Counted from the first letter of the stretch, positions 30,838 to 41,655 are shown. The stretch is 64,000 nucleotides of DNA from Clostridia bacterium (GCA_017501255.1 JAFVXE010000018.1:49950-113949); one strand, 5' to 3'. Numbers and translations: made by a program. Notes: generated by a model not told the origin, from the letters alone.

Positions 30838-32492
30838 CCAGACGCATTTTCCGCAGCATCGTTCTGACGGCGGTGCTGGCACTGCTGCTGACCTCCGCGC
30901 TGCTGGTAGGGACGCTGTACAATGTGTACGAAGACCGCATCTCTGCCGAGCTTCGGACGGAGGCGGCGTATATTGTCCGCGGTTTGGATATGACGCAGGA
31001 TGATTTGAGCTACTTCACATCATTCAAGCCCCAAAACCGTGTAACGCTCATTGCCCCGGATGGTTCGGTGCTCTACGACAGCGATACCGATGAGACCCGC
31101 ATGAGCAGCCATGCCCAGCGTCCGGAGGTGCTCGCGGCTATCGAAAGTGGCACCGGTGAAGCCACCCGCTATTCCGATACCCTTTCTGAAGTGACGATCT
31201 ACTATGCCCGCCGAACGGCTGACGGCAATGTGCTGCGTATCGCCAGCACCCGCTCTTCTGTGCTGGGTGTCTTCCTGAGCGTGGCCCCGCAGATCATCGT
31301 GATGCTGCTGGCGGTGGCAGCCCTGTCGCTGCTGATCGCCCAGCATTCTTCCCGCCAGATCGTGCAGCCCATCAACGAGCTGAATCTGGACGAACCCCTT
31401 GAAAACGACGTGTATGACGAACTGGCCCCGCTGCTTACCCGCATGGACAAGCAGCATCATCAGATCCGCCAACAGATGCAAGATCTCGCCCGCGCCCACG
31501 CTGATCTCAACGCCATTATGGAAAGCATGCGCGAGGGTCTGATCCTGTTGGACAGGGAGAGTCGCATTGTTTCCATCAACCACAGCGCGCAGACCATCTT
31601 TGGCGTAAAGGATTCGTTTGCGCCGGGAGCTGACCTGCTGACCATCTGCCGGGATGCTGACCTGCTGGAAATCGTCAAAGCAGCGCAGTCGGGCGAAGCC
31701 GGCGATGCGATCCTGCCCCGTGACAGCCGGATGTACCGCATCTTTGCCAGCCCTGTTCTGCGGGAGGAAAAGGTGCGCGGTGTGGTGCTGCTGGCGTTGG
31801 ATATCTCTGCCCGCTATGCTGCTGAAGCCAGCCGCCGGGAGTTTACCGCCAACGTCTCCCATGAGCTGAAAACGCCGCTCACATCCATTTCCGGCTACGC
31901 AGAGATCATCGAGAGCGGCATTGCCCGGCAGGAGGATGTGCCTGCCTTTGCCGGAAAGATCCATGCAGAGGCAAAGCGGTTGGTAGCACTGGTGAACGAT
32001 ATTCTTGAGCTGTCCCAGCTGGATGAGAAGCAGGGTCTTGGGGCGAAAGAGCCGGTTGCCTTGCTGCCCATGCTGAATGAACTGGCTGACCGTTTCCTGC
32101 CTGTTGCGCAGGAGAAAGGGGTTGAGCTGTCCGTAGAAGGCAGCGAGGCTACCGTGGATGGCTATCCGATGCTTCTGCGGGAACTGTTCCACAACCTGAT
32201 GGACAATGCCGTCAAGTACACGCCTGCAGGCGGCAGCGTGACCGTTCGGCTGTCACAGCAGGATGGACGCCTCTGCTGCTCTGTACAGGACACCGGTATC
32301 GGCATCCCCAAAGAGCATCAGGCCCATGTGTTTGAGCGTTTCTACCGGGTGGACAAGAGCCACTCCAAGCAGACCGGCGGCACCGGGCTTGGGCTGGCGA
32401 TCGTGAAGCATGCGGCGCAGGTGCATCAGGCACAGGTGGAGCTGGAAAGCCAGCCGGGGGAAGGCACTACGGTTTCTGTGCTGTTTCATTGA
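30834..32492 (+). CDS. sensor histidine kinase (PhoR-like)
   Basis: 552 aa with 2 TM, a PAS region, H-box SHELKTPLTSI, and N/G boxes. Confidence 0.9.
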   Translation: MTRRIFRSIVLTAVLALLLTSALLVGTLYNVYEDRISAELRTEAAYIVRGLDMTQDDLSYFTSFKPQNRVTLIAPDGSVLYDSDTDETRMSSHAQRPEVLAAIESGTGEATRYSDTLSEVTIYYARRTADGNVLRIASTRSSVLGVFLSVAPQIIVMLLAVAALSLLIAQHSSRQIVQPINELNLDEPLENDVYDELAPLLTRMDKQHHQIRQQMQDLARAHADLNAIMESMREGLILLDRESRIVSINHSAQTIFGVKDSFAPGADLLTICRDADLLEIVKAAQSGEAGDAILPRDSRMYRIFASPVLREEKVRGVVLLALDISARYAAEASRREFTANVSHELKTPLTSISGYAEIIESGIARQEDVPAFAGKIHAEAKRLVALVNDILELSQLDEKQGLGAKEPVALLPMLNELADRFLPVAQEKGVELSVEGSEATVDGYPMLLRELFHNLMDNAVKYTPAGGSVTVRLSQQDGRLCCSVQDTGIGIPKEHQAHVFERFYRVDKSHSKQTGGTGLGLAIVKHAAQVHQAQVELESQPGEGTTVSVLFH

Positions 32493-32527
32493 TCCATTCC
32501 ATGCAACCAAAACATGCCTAACAAGAG

Positions 32528-32582
32528 AACAGGCCATCAGGAAGGAAAGCCGAAGCTTTTCTTCCCGATGGCCTGTTTCATT
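32528..32582. terminator. bidirectional terminator between the kinase gene and cstA
   Basis: 11-bp stem AACAGGCCATC/GATGGCCTGTT between convergent genes. Confidence 0.65.
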
Positions 32583-32604
32583 TCACTGGGGGAAAACCGG
32601 GCAG

Positions 32605-34293
32605 TTAACCCTGCACAGCCTCCGCAGCCGTTTCCTTGCCAAAGAGCTTCTTCACGCCCTGGACGGCAACGATCACGCCCAGCACGAACAGCGCAACGGC
32701 AAAGCTGCCCTGCAGCAGGTCGCCGCCCAGATTGGCGGTGGTGCCGGTAAAGATGCCGCCGAACTTGCCAAAGATGGTCATGCCCAGAGCGGTCAGGGTC
32801 ACAGCCAGCATGATGGCCATGGGGGCCCACAGCATCCAGCCCTTGCGCTTGGTGCGCTTGAGGAATACGGCGCAGGCGATGAGGGCCAGTGCGCTGAGCA
32901 GCTGGTTGGCAGAGCCGAACAGGGGCCAGATGTTGGCATAGCCCGCCTTGGCAAGGGCGTAGGCCATCACCAGCGTAGCCACGGTGGCGGTGTACTTGTT
33001 GGTGAGGAACTTCTTGACCGGACTCATGTTTTCATCGGTGTCGGTGGAATCAAGGAAGAACTCCTGGAAAGCCAGACGGCCTACGCGGGCAACGGAGTCC
33101 AGCGAGGTGAGGGCGAAGGCAGATACGGACAGGTTGATCAGCGTAAAGGCCACGTTCTCGGGGATGCCGATCTTGCCCAGGAAGCCGGAGATGGCAGAGG
33201 CAAACACCACAGCCGGAGTACCGGAAGCCACCTGCGCGCCACTGGACACAGCGCCCACAGCGATCAGGGCGATCACGGCCAGCAGGCTCTCCAGCAGCAT
33301 AGAACCGAAGGAGATGGGCAGCATGTGCTTCTCATTCTGCACCTGCTTGGAGGCGGTGCCGGAGGAAACCAGCGAATGGAAGCCGGAGACAGCGCCGCAG
33401 GCGATGGTCACAAACAGGATGGGGAACATATGCTGACCGTTGACCGTAAAGCCATTGAAGGCGTTCAGGTTCATCTGGGGATTGGCCACCAGCACGCCCA
33501 CCACAGCCGAAACGATCATGGCTACCAGCAGGTAGCTGTTCAGGTAGTCACGGGGCTGGAGCAGCGCCCACACCGGCACGATGGAGGCAACAGCGATGTA
33601 CAAGAATACGATCAGGTGCCAGGTGCCGGTGGGCACATACATGGGCAGCGCCATGCCCAGCACGATGCAAAGCACCAGCAGGCCCACCGCGATGGCGGTA
33701 TTCACCAGCGGTTTGAAGCGGCACACCTTCAGCACCACGCCCAGCGTGACCGCTGCAAGGATGAACAGCATGGAGGTGGTAGCCACCTGACCGTTCGCCA
33801 GCGAGACATCCGGAGTGGCGGCAAAGCCGTTGAAGGTATTGGCAACCACGTCCGCAAAGGCAGCAACCACAAGGATGGAGAATAGCCAAACAAACAAGGT
33901 AAAGAGCTTTTTACCGATCTTGCCGATATACAGCTCAATGATATAGCCGATGGTGCGGCCCTTATTGCGAACAGAGGCATACATGGAAACAAAGTCCTGC
34001 ACAGCGCCGAAGAACAGGCCGCCTACCAGCACCCACAGCAGCACCGGCACCCAGCCGAAGATCGCCGCCTGAATGGGGCCGTTGATGGGGCCAGCGCCGG
34101 CAATGGAGGCAAACTGGTGACCGAATACCACACCGGGGGTGGTGGGGGTATAGTCTACACCATCCTCCATTTCATAAGCAGGGGTCTTTGCCTTGGGGTC
34201 GATGCCCCAGGTCTTGGCCAGCCAGCGTCCGTAGAGAAGATATCCTGCGCCCAGCACAACCAGTGCGATGAGCATAATGGTGATTCCATTCAT
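32605..34293 (-). CDS. cstA: carbon starvation protein A family transporter
   Basis: 562 aa multi-TM with a CstA-type N-terminus (MNGITIMLIALVVLGAGYLLYGRWLAK). Start at ATG 34293 with RBS AAAGGA. The upstream part of the track ORF is the T-box leader. Confidence 0.9.
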   Translation of the reverse strand: MNGITIMLIALVVLGAGYLLYGRWLAKTWGIDPKAKTPAYEMEDGVDYTPTTPGVVFGHQFASIAGAGPINGPIQAAIFGWVPVLLWVLVGGLFFGAVQDFVSMYASVRNKGRTIGYIIELYIGKIGKKLFTLFVWLFSILVVAAFADVVANTFNGFAATPDVSLANGQVATTSMLFILAAVTLGVVLKVCRFKPLVNTAIAVGLLVLCIVLGMALPMYVPTGTWHLIVFLYIAVASIVPVWALLQPRDYLNSYLLVAMIVSAVVGVLVANPQMNLNAFNGFTVNGQHMFPILFVTIACGAVSGFHSLVSSGTASKQVQNEKHMLPISFGSMLLESLLAVIALIAVGAVSSGAQVASGTPAVVFASAISGFLGKIGIPENVAFTLINLSVSAFALTSLDSVARVGRLAFQEFFLDSTDTDENMSPVKKFLTNKYTATVATLVMAYALAKAGYANIWPLFGSANQLLSALALIACAVFLKRTKRKGWMLWAPMAIMLAVTLTALGMTIFGKFGGIFTGTTANLGGDLLQGSFAVALFVLGVIVAVQGVKKLFGKETAAEAVQG

Positions 34294-34371
34294 TCCAAAA
34301 CATCCTTTCTTTTTTGTTTCGCTTATCTCTGGCATTTGCGCCGCGGTCGCATCCGTCGGGGAAAGCGTGCT

Positions 34372-34676
34372 ATATATAAAAGCCCGTCCCTCACCGATCC
34401 TGAAAAACGATCTGTAAGAGACGGGCTGTATATCCCGCGATACCACTCTTGTTGCCGCATCCAGTGCGGCCTGCTCTGCCACATCGACCGCAAGGGGTGA
34501 ATGTGCTCTCCTGTAACGTGGAGACGACGGTCTGACCTATCGTCCTCCCGATCCCGGGGGGAGGTTTCAGCGGACTGCTCATGAGGGATACGCTGACCTT
34601 TCATGCTCGTCATGCCTCGCACCAACCGGCATTTCTCTGGGGACGCTGTGAAAGCGCGCTTGTCTCAATCACTGCA
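34372..34676 (-). promoter_or_regulatory. T-box riboswitch leader of cstA
   Basis: Minus-strand RNA features: K-turn (UGC-AGU-GA.../...GA-GCA), AG bulge AGAGA, distal loop GGUUGGUGCGA, F-box-like ACGUUA. T-box AGAG-UGGUAUC-GCGGG with antiterminator partner CCCGU-CUCU. A competing terminator follows, then UUUUAU. Confidence 0.8.
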
Positions 34677-34699
34677 TTGAATATGTGGCTTACGCGAAT

Positions 34700-34729
34700 A
34701 AAATACGCCTGCTTTGCCCAATTTGTCAA
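34700..34729 (-). promoter_or_regulatory. promoter of the T-box/cstA transcript
   Basis: On the minus strand: TTGACA (34729-34724), 18-nt spacer, TATTTT (34705-34700). Confidence 0.45.
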
Positions 34730-34829
34730 CAGGAATCTGCCAGAAAAACAATGCAAAAACATTTTGCAATGGGTGCTTTTCCGGTGCTAAAATGCATACG
34801 AAAAAATCTGATTCCATCGATTGGCGGTG

Positions 34830-35996
34830 ATGCTCTTGGACGAAACCCACGAATTTTTGGTGCCTGATTACTACGAACATTTTGCCTGTAAAATGGGCGC
34901 GTGTCGCTCAGCCTGCTGCGAAGGCTGGCCCATCTCTTTTTCGCTGGATGACTATTATCACCTGATGAGTCAGGAATGCTCCCCGGAGCTGAGGCGCAAG
35001 CTGGATACCGCTTTGCACATCAAGCTGTCGCCCACGCCGGATGCCTATGCGGAGATCGCGCCCCGGTTTGACGGAGCCTGCCCCATGCGCATGGAGGACG
35101 GGCGCTGCGCCCTTCATGCTGAAATGGGCGAGGGAGCGCTGAGCTATGTTTGCAGGCTCTATCCCCGGGGCGTACGCACGGACAATGGATTTGAATGTTC
35201 CTGCGCCAACAGCTGCGAAGCGGTGTTGGAACTGCTTTTTTCCCGGGATGAGCCCATCGAGTTTGTCGAAAGGGAGCTGTCCTTTAACTTGCCACGGCAG
35301 AGTCAGCCCACCATCCGGTTTGAAACCATGGGCAAGGAACAGGAGATCCGCCTGTGGCTGATCCGGCATATGCAGAACCAGACTCTGCCCATGCCCCAGC
35401 GGATGATGGCCATGGGTCACGCACTGGCAGCGCTGGATGATGCTCTTGTTGCCCGCGATGCACAGCAGGTGGAACGCCTGCTCCGTGGTCAGCAGCGGAT
35501 CCAGCCGCTTGGGCCCAAGGAACTGTCTCAGGGGCATTTGGATTTCGGTCTCTGCTTCGCTTCCGGGCTGATCGAGCTGCTGGATCAGCGCAGTGACAGC
35601 ATCCGTGCCTACGGTGAGGATGCGCTGGCTTATTTTGACGGTTCTTTCGACCGATATGTGGAAGCCCGCGACCATTTTGAAACGGTGCTGCCAAAGTGGG
35701 ATATCTGGTTTGAGCACATGATGGTGAACCATATGTTCTTCGCCCGCTTTCCTTTTCAGGATCGTCCCGTCAGCCTGCCGGACGAGTTTATCGCCCTGTG
35801 CGCTGTTTTTGCCATGCTGCGCTTCCTTGGTATCGGGCATATGCGGGATCAAGCCGATCCCAGCCACTTTGTGGATGTGGCGGCTGCTGTGTTCCGGCTG
35901 GTGGATCACACCGCCTTTGACCACTATGCAGCCGGTATGATGAAGGAGCTGGGCTGTGACGACTGGGACCGGGTACATGATCTGATCAGCCTGTAA
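34830..35996 (+). CDS. FliB-like (flagellin lysine-N-methylase family) cysteine-cluster protein
   Basis: N-terminal CxxxxCxxxCC cluster (FACKMGACRSACCEGW), as in the FliB/YkgJ-type family. Start ambiguous: TTG 34821, GTG 34827 or ATG 34830. Confidence 0.65.
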   Translation: MLLDETHEFLVPDYYEHFACKMGACRSACCEGWPISFSLDDYYHLMSQECSPELRRKLDTALHIKLSPTPDAYAEIAPRFDGACPMRMEDGRCALHAEMGEGALSYVCRLYPRGVRTDNGFECSCANSCEAVLELLFSRDEPIEFVERELSFNLPRQSQPTIRFETMGKEQEIRLWLIRHMQNQTLPMPQRMMAMGHALAALDDALVARDAQQVERLLRGQQRIQPLGPKELSQGHLDFGLCFASGLIELLDQRSDSIRAYGEDALAYFDGSFDRYVEARDHFETVLPKWDIWFEHMMVNHMFFARFPFQDRPVSLPDEFIALCAVFAMLRFLGIGHMRDQADPSHFVDVAAAVFRLVDHTAFDHYAAGMMKELGCDDWDRVHDLISL

Positions 35997-36104
35997 ACTG
36001 ACCCGGATCCGCAAAGGGCAGGAGAACAAAATCAGCTGGATGTAAACAAACAGAAGAACCCCGGTATCCATAGGCCGCTATGACCTGTGAATACCGGGGT
36101 TTGC

Positions 36105-37277
36105 TTATTCATGCCGCAATGCCTCAATGGGTTTCAGCCCGGAGGCTTTGGCTGCCGGATACAGACCGAACACCACGCCGATGAACACCGAAAACCCGAT
36201 GGCCAGCAGCGCGACCGATGGCGAGAACACCATGGTCATGCCGATGACTGGGGCCAGAAACTTACACGCTGCCCACGAAAGCCCAAGGCCGATCAGACCG
36301 CCCATCAGGCTGACAGTAAGCGCCTCGATCAAAAACTGGCTGAGGATATTGCCGCGGGTGGCGCCAATGGCTTTGCGGATGCCGATCTCCCTCGTGCGTT
36401 CGGATACGGATACCAGCATGATATTCATGATGCCGATGCCGCCCACCAGCAGGGAGATGGCGGCAATGCCCGCCAGCATCAGCGTCAGCTGGGAGGTGGA
36501 CTCGTTGAGGGCTTCCAGCATGGCCGACTGGTTGTTGATGCGGTAGCTGCCGGAGGTGGTGGATTGGCTCATAAGCTTTTCCATGTAGGCTTCCACTTCG
36601 CTCTGGGCCAGATCGATGGTATCGGAGCCGGTGGCGGACACATAGAAGCTGCTGATGCCCTTGGAGCGGAACAGCCGCTCGCCCAGAGAGAAGGGGATCA
36701 CGATCAGGTTGTCACCGCTGCCGGAAACGCTGTTGCCAATTTCGTCAAGCACGCCCACCACGGTGAAGGTATACCCCTGATAGGTAAAGGTACAGCCCAC
36801 CGCATTCACCGAGCCGAACAGCTCCACCGCCGCCTCCTGCCCCAGCACCGCCACAAAGGAACGGTTGTCGTGATCCGGTTCCGCCAGAAAGCGGCCATAG
36901 CGCAGCGACCAGTTGCGGATCTTGTCATACCCCGGCGTGGTGGCGATCAGGCTGCCATCCTCGTACTGGGTCAGCCCAGCTTTGACCGTGCCGGAGGACG
37001 TGAGCACCGGGGCCACATGAGCGATGGTTTCACTGCTCATCGTCATCTGGCGCAGGCCTTTCAGGGTAACCGGGTTGTTGCGCCGCACATTCACGCTGAC
37101 GCTGAGCAGATTGGTGCCCATGCCCTCGATGTTGCTGACAACAGCAGCATTGGTGCCCTGACCGATGGCGGTGAGCACCACGATGGATACCACGCCGATC
37201 ACGATGCCCAGCATGGTCAGGAAGGAACGCATTTTATTGGATAGAATGGCCTTGAAGGCCATGGACATACTTTCCAT
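36105..37277 (-). CDS. ABC transporter permease (MacB/FtsX type)
   Basis: 390 aa: N-terminal TM, large extracytoplasmic domain, C-terminal FtsX-like 3 TM. Confidence 0.85.
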   Translation of the reverse strand: MESMSMAFKAILSNKMRSFLTMLGIVIGVVSIVVLTAIGQGTNAAVVSNIEGMGTNLLSVSVNVRRNNPVTLKGLRQMTMSSETIAHVAPVLTSSGTVKAGLTQYEDGSLIATTPGYDKIRNWSLRYGRFLAEPDHDNRSFVAVLGQEAAVELFGSVNAVGCTFTYQGYTFTVVGVLDEIGNSVSGSGDNLIVIPFSLGERLFRSKGISSFYVSATGSDTIDLAQSEVEAYMEKLMSQSTTSGSYRINNQSAMLEALNESTSQLTLMLAGIAAISLLVGGIGIMNIMLVSVSERTREIGIRKAIGATRGNILSQFLIEALTVSLMGGLIGLGLSWAACKFLAPVIGMTMVFSPSVALLAIGFSVFIGVVFGLYPAAKASGLKPIEALRHE

Positions 37278-37279
37278 GC

Positions 37280-37990
37280 CTATGCCTCCTTTGCCAGCGC
37301 GGCTTTGTCTGCGGAAGCGGATGAGGTATGCTCATGCACCCTGCCGTCCACAATGCGGATCAACCGATCTGCCCGGGCTGCCACATCGCTGTCGTGGGTG
37401 ATAAGCACGATGGTATTGCCAGCGGCGTGCAGCTCGTCCAGCATGGCCATGATCTCCTGCCCGGTACGGCTGTCCAGATTGCCTGTGGGTTCATCGGCGA
37501 GAATCAGCTTGGGTCTGGTCACCAGTGCCCGGGCAATGGCGCAGCGCTGCTGCTGACCGCCGGACAGTTCCGTGGGCTTGTGGCCCATCCGCTGACCAAG
37601 GCCCACTTTTTCCAGCGCCGCTTTGGCCCGCTTGCGCCGCTCCCGCCTGCCCACCTTCTGGTAGATCAGCGGCAGTTCCACGTTTTCCAGCGCGGTCAGC
37701 TTTTGCAGCAGGTGAAACCCCTGAAAGATGAACCCGATGTGCCTGTTGCGCAGCCGTGCCAGCTGCCGGGAGGAATAGCTGCCGATCTTCTTGCCTGCCA
37801 GCTGGTATTCGCCGCTGTCGGCGGTATCCAGACAGCCGATGATGTTCATCAGCGTGGACTTGCCGCTGCCGGAAGGCCCGATGATGGCCACATACTCACC
37901 CTCGCCCACATGCAGGGACACATGATCCAGCGCGTAGATGCTCTCGCCACCCAGCTTGTATTGCTTTATGATGTTATTCATATAGATCAT
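37280..37990 (-). CDS. ABC transporter ATP-binding protein (MacB/LolD type)
   Basis: Walker [17 protein letters not shown], Walker B ILADEP. Confidence 0.9.
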   Translation of the reverse strand: MIYMNNIIKQYKLGGESIYALDHVSLHVGEGEYVAIIGPSGSGKSTLMNIIGCLDTADSGEYQLAGKKIGSYSSRQLARLRNRHIGFIFQGFHLLQKLTALENVELPLIYQKVGRRERRKRAKAALEKVGLGQRMGHKPTELSGGQQQRCAIARALVTRPKLILADEPTGNLDSRTGQEIMAMLDELHAAGNTIVLITHDSDVAARADRLIRIVDGRVHEHTSSASADKAALAKEA

Positions 37991-38015
37991 AGCGGTACTC
38001 CTTTCAGCACCGGCA

Positions 38016-39713
38016 TCAATTGCCGCTTATGCCGCCAGGAGCGGTACGCCCGCCGCCGGAGCCGCCCGAGCCGCCGCCCTGATTGGTGCGTCCACCACCG
38101 GAGCCGCCTGTTCCGGTGCCGGTGCCGGTGCCGGGACGGGTAAAGCCTCCCTCAGGACGATCCATCATGCCGCCGGGCATCTGCAGTTCGCTGCCGGGCA
38201 TTTGCATGCCAGCACCGCCCTGCTGATCCGTGGTGTTGGTCGTAGCTGCACTACGCACCACCAGCACCTGATCCCCAGCCCGGAGGCCGCCGGTCACAGC
38301 TGCGTAATCCTCATTGGACAGGCCGGTATTCACATAGGTTTTCACGCCCGGTTCCTCTTCCGTGGCAACAAAATCCGGACTGTACAGCCACACATAGCTG
38401 CCCCGGGCATCGCTCTGCAAAGCTGCCAGCGGCACCAGCAGAACATTTTCCTGCTGACCCACGGCAATGGTTACCGTGCCGTTCATGCCAAGCTTCAGTT
38501 GCTCATCCGCTTCCAGCTGAATGGTTACATCATAGCCGGTAATGCCGCTGGAGGCTGTGCCCAGCGTGGAGATATAGGTAACCGTCGCGTTGTAGGTCTT
38601 ATCGGTGATGGCATCCATGGCAACGGTGGCGCTTTGCCCGGTCTGGACATGGATGATGTCCAGCTCATCCACGCTGATGGTCATCTGATCCGGCATGCCC
38701 ACATAGAGGGTCATCAAGGCCTCATCCTTGGCAACCGTCTGCCCATCGGTCATGGTCACGCCGCTGACGATGCCGCCCTGATCCGCCCGCAGCACAGGGT
38801 CTGCCTTCAAAGCGCGCAGGGTAGCCAACTGTTCCACCAGCGATGACCGCTGGGCAAGGGTGTCCCGATATTCCTGAGTAGGCTCCAGATAGCTGACCAC
38901 AAAGGCACTGTCCTTCTTGTCGCAGTACTTATTGATCCGCAAAAGCTCTGTGGTGATGATGCCATGGGCTGTGCTGAACACTTCCAGCGGCATATGAATG
39001 GCGCATTCAGCGGTGATGGTACTGTCATCGGGCAGCAGCACCGTTACCGTATCGCCGGGATTGGCCGCCAGATCGGAAAAGGTCAGCGTGACGGTTTCAT
39101 CCTTCACTTCTGTAACAGCCGCAGAATACACATTCTCTGCGGCGTTGGTCACTGTCAGCCGGTCACCCAGAGCGATGCCTTCTGTTACAGGGATCTCCGC
39201 GCTCATCTTGCCATCCAGCGACAGCACATACAGGCAACCGTGCTCTGCCACCACATCCTGTACCCGGTCACCTTTGAAGCCGTACAGTTCCTTCACACGG
39301 CCCTTGATGGGCGTGTAAAGCGTCTGCTGGCTTTCATAGCTGGCAGCGAGGCTTACCAGCGTGTCATCCACTGCCTCCAGCTCGGTTTGCAGCGTATAGA
39401 TAGCCGTATCCAGAGAAGCTGTATCCACTGTCGCCAACGGGTCGCCCGCCGCAACCTGCTGGCCTGTCTTCACCTGCACGCTGTCCAGTGTCATAGCAGC
39501 AGGGGCGCTCCATGTGGCAGTCTGCGCAATGGTCAGCGAGCCGGTGCTGATGACCTCCTGGGAAATACTGCCGTTGGTTACGCTTACCGGGGTATACCGC
39601 AGGGATGGAGCAGTGGTCGCTTCCGTCTTCTGCTGTTGGTAAAGATAGTATCCGCCATAGGCCAGACCTGCTAAAACCAGCAGGGTAAACAAGGTTTTCA
39701 AAAAACGCTTCAT
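38016..39713 (-). CDS. HlyD-family efflux adaptor with Gly-rich C-terminal tail
   Basis: N-terminal TM anchor and adaptor-like barrel/lipoyl regions. ATG 39713 lies 7 nt after GGAGG; the track start, TTG 39719, is too close to the RBS. The tail is GTGTGTGTGGSGGG-rich. Confidence 0.8.
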   Translation of the reverse strand: MKRFLKTLFTLLVLAGLAYGGYYLYQQQKTEATTAPSLRYTPVSVTNGSISQEVISTGSLTIAQTATWSAPAAMTLDSVQVKTGQQVAAGDPLATVDTASLDTAIYTLQTELEAVDDTLVSLAASYESQQTLYTPIKGRVKELYGFKGDRVQDVVAEHGCLYVLSLDGKMSAEIPVTEGIALGDRLTVTNAAENVYSAAVTEVKDETVTLTFSDLAANPGDTVTVLLPDDSTITAECAIHMPLEVFSTAHGIITTELLRINKYCDKKDSAFVVSYLEPTQEYRDTLAQRSSLVEQLATLRALKADPVLRADQGGIVSGVTMTDGQTVAKDEALMTLYVGMPDQMTISVDELDIIHVQTGQSATVAMDAITDKTYNATVTYISTLGTASSGITGYDVTIQLEADEQLKLGMNGTVTIAVGQQENVLLVPLAALQSDARGSYVWLYSPDFVATEEEPGVKTYVNTGLSNEDYAAVTGGLRAGDQVLVVRSAATTNTTDQQGGAGMQMPGSELQMPGGMMDRPEGGFTRPGTGTGTGTGGSGGGRTNQGGGSGGSGGGRTAPGGISGN

Positions 39714-40032
39714 TTCCAATCCTCCTTTTGGAATTTTCGCGTTGTCAGTTTAGCACCCGCCTGTGACCAAAGTATGAACTTTTGAAAAAGGATAGGATAA
39801 TTTTGTGCAAAGGAATTAATTGCTATATAGGGTGGCTGATTGTATTGCTTTGTTGTTGAAAAATGATCATTGTTGTTATGGGATATTATCGTGCTGGTAT
39901 GGATTTATTACAATCCGAACGATGCCCAACGAAAGGAAATACAATTCGCATTGATACACAGTGTGGCAATGTGTTTTTGCCATATACAGAAAAAGGCCAG
40001 CCCCCTATGTGAAATAGAAGGCTGGTCTTGCA

Positions 40033-41655
40033 TCAAAGTGTTTCGTTTCGTTGGTGTTGTAAAGAATGTTGTGTTTCTACTTGATTTGGAACAACAACTT
40101 GTTTTGCAGTCCGATCCAGTAAAACAGACAAGTCATTTTTGTTCTGGGCTGTTTCCATTGTTTCATACAGAGAGGACTTACCGTTTTCGGCTGGGCTGGG
40201 CAGCGCGTCTGGAATAACTTTGCGCACCCAATAACGAACAGTTTTCAGCTCGTCCAGCTCAGCTTGTACTGCATCCACATCGGGCCGCAGAGCATCGATT
40301 TCCTGTTCAAGCCGTGTCTTTTCTGCCCGCAGTGTTTTGCGGTCAATGGGATGTGACAGCCCGAACTTATGCAGCAGCCGTTGGGCTTTCATGTATTGTT
40401 CCAACTCGTCAGCATGTGCAGTAGCGAACCGTTCCTTTGCACTCTTCCAACGAATGTAGCTGTATTCGCTGTACAACGGCTGCAAGTCATGCACGGTCTT
40501 ATCTGCGTTCAACAGCGCATCAATGTCCCGAATACGCTGTTCCTTGCTGCGCACTTTCTTACGCAGATCGTTCATTTGTATGTCGATAGGAGACAGGTAT
40601 TCGCCAAGCGAATACACCGTATCAAGCTCCCGTTCTTTCAGGAAAGAGATGGCATTGAGAATCGCCTGCAAGTCCTTCAGCGAAGCCTTCGTCTGTGCCC
40701 GATGATCCCAGAACTCCCGGTCAGCCTTGCGCAGTTCCAGGTAACTGAGCAGCACTTCACCAAGGTTGTAATCATCTGGATTGGAGATAGTTTCGTGCCG
40801 AGACAGCGTTTCCTTAATGCCTTGCAGCCACTCACCCAGAGCAGCAATCGCCTTCTGCAAACCACGGATGAGGGTATTCACATGCTTGATCTCCCGGTTG
40901 CGTTCGCCGCGGGTAGTGAACACACCCTTTCGTTTCAGCGCAGCTGCTGCCGGGCCGAGATGAATCTGCGGTTCCAGATCGGTGATGCCCTGACGCTCAT
41001 AGAAACGCATATCAATACGCTCGGTACGACCAGCAGCTTTCAGCGCATTGTTCTGGGCTATCTCCCACTCATGCCGCCAGATCTCAGCGTATTTCTGATC
41101 GTTCCAATCGACGGTATCCATGCGTTCCCGCAGCCATTTATCATTGGCACCCCGGATACGCTCGCCGTTTTCATCCAGCACATAGGCCGTCTTTGTTTTG
41201 GGAAGCCAGCGTCCATTTTCATCCATGGCGCGCATGGTCAGCATCAGATGAACATGAGGATTGCCGTTTCCTGAGTCGTGGTAGTACAGATCACAGATCA
41301 TGCCTTTGTCCACGAATTGCTTGGCACAATACTCACGGATCAGGGCAAGATTCTGTTCAAAGGTCAATTCCCTTGGCAGAGTGATGGTGAAGCGTCTTGC
41401 GGTTTGGGCTTTGCTGCTTTTCTCAGCAGCGTCCACCGCATTCCATAAAGTCTGCCGGTCGGCATACACAGGCGGTGCATTGTATGGCAGCATCACCTCC
41501 GTGTACTGCACACGTCTCGGATCACTGTGCGGGTATTTCCATTCGTGGTCATACTCGGAATACAACTTCTGTCCGAGATAATAAGAAGCACCAGCCATGG
41601 CAGATTGACCTTTGCCTCGGCTGGTGATGGATATGGAGAAATGAGGACAAGGGAT
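40033..41655 (-). CDS. MobA/MobL (MobQ-type) relaxase
   Basis: N-terminus HFSISITSRGKGQSAMAGASYY (catalytic Tyr region) and the metal motif HDSGNGNPHVHLML. The start is uncertain: GGAG lies 8 nt before an in-frame ATC at 41655; the longest ORF starts at TTG 41802 without an RBS; the first ATG is 41598. Confidence 0.8.
   Translation of the reverse strand: MPCPHFSISITSRGKGQSAMAGASYYLGQKLYSEYDHEWKYPHSDPRRVQYTEVMLPYNAPPVYADRQTLWNAVDAAEKSSKAQTARRFTITLPRELTFEQNLALIREYCAKQFVDKGMICDLYYHDSGNGNPHVHLMLTMRAMDENGRWLPKTKTAYVLDENGERIRGANDKWLRERMDTVDWNDQKYAEIWRHEWEIAQNNALKAAGRTERIDMRFYERQGITDLEPQIHLGPAAAALKRKGVFTTRGERNREIKHVNTLIRGLQKAIAALGEWLQGIKETLSRHETISNPDDYNLGEVLLSYLELRKADREFWDHRAQTKASLKDLQAILNAISFLKERELDTVYSLGEYLSPIDIQMNDLRKKVRSKEQRIRDIDALLNADKTVHDLQPLYSEYSYIRWKSAKERFATAHADELEQYMKAQRLLHKFGLSHPIDRKTLRAEKTRLEQEIDALRPDVDAVQAELDELKTVRYWVRKVIPDALPSPAENGKSSLYETMETAQNKNDLSVLLDRTAKQVVVPNQVETQHSLQHQRNETL

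Noticed and set aside
38016-38160. Gly-rich C-terminal tail of the HlyD-like adaptor as a separate feature or frameshifted gene.
   Set aside because: It is continuous in frame with the adaptor and is simply a low-complexity tail. There is no independent start or RBS.
39891-39903. GTGCTGGTATGGA at the left edge of module A resembles CTGCTGGATGGA (46443) and TGCTGGATGA (57722). These could be a shared att core for tandem elements.
   Set aside because: The matches are only 8-12 nt with an indel and are not distinguishable from chance in AT/GC-mixed intergenic DNA. The better-supported junction signal is the tRNA-derived block.
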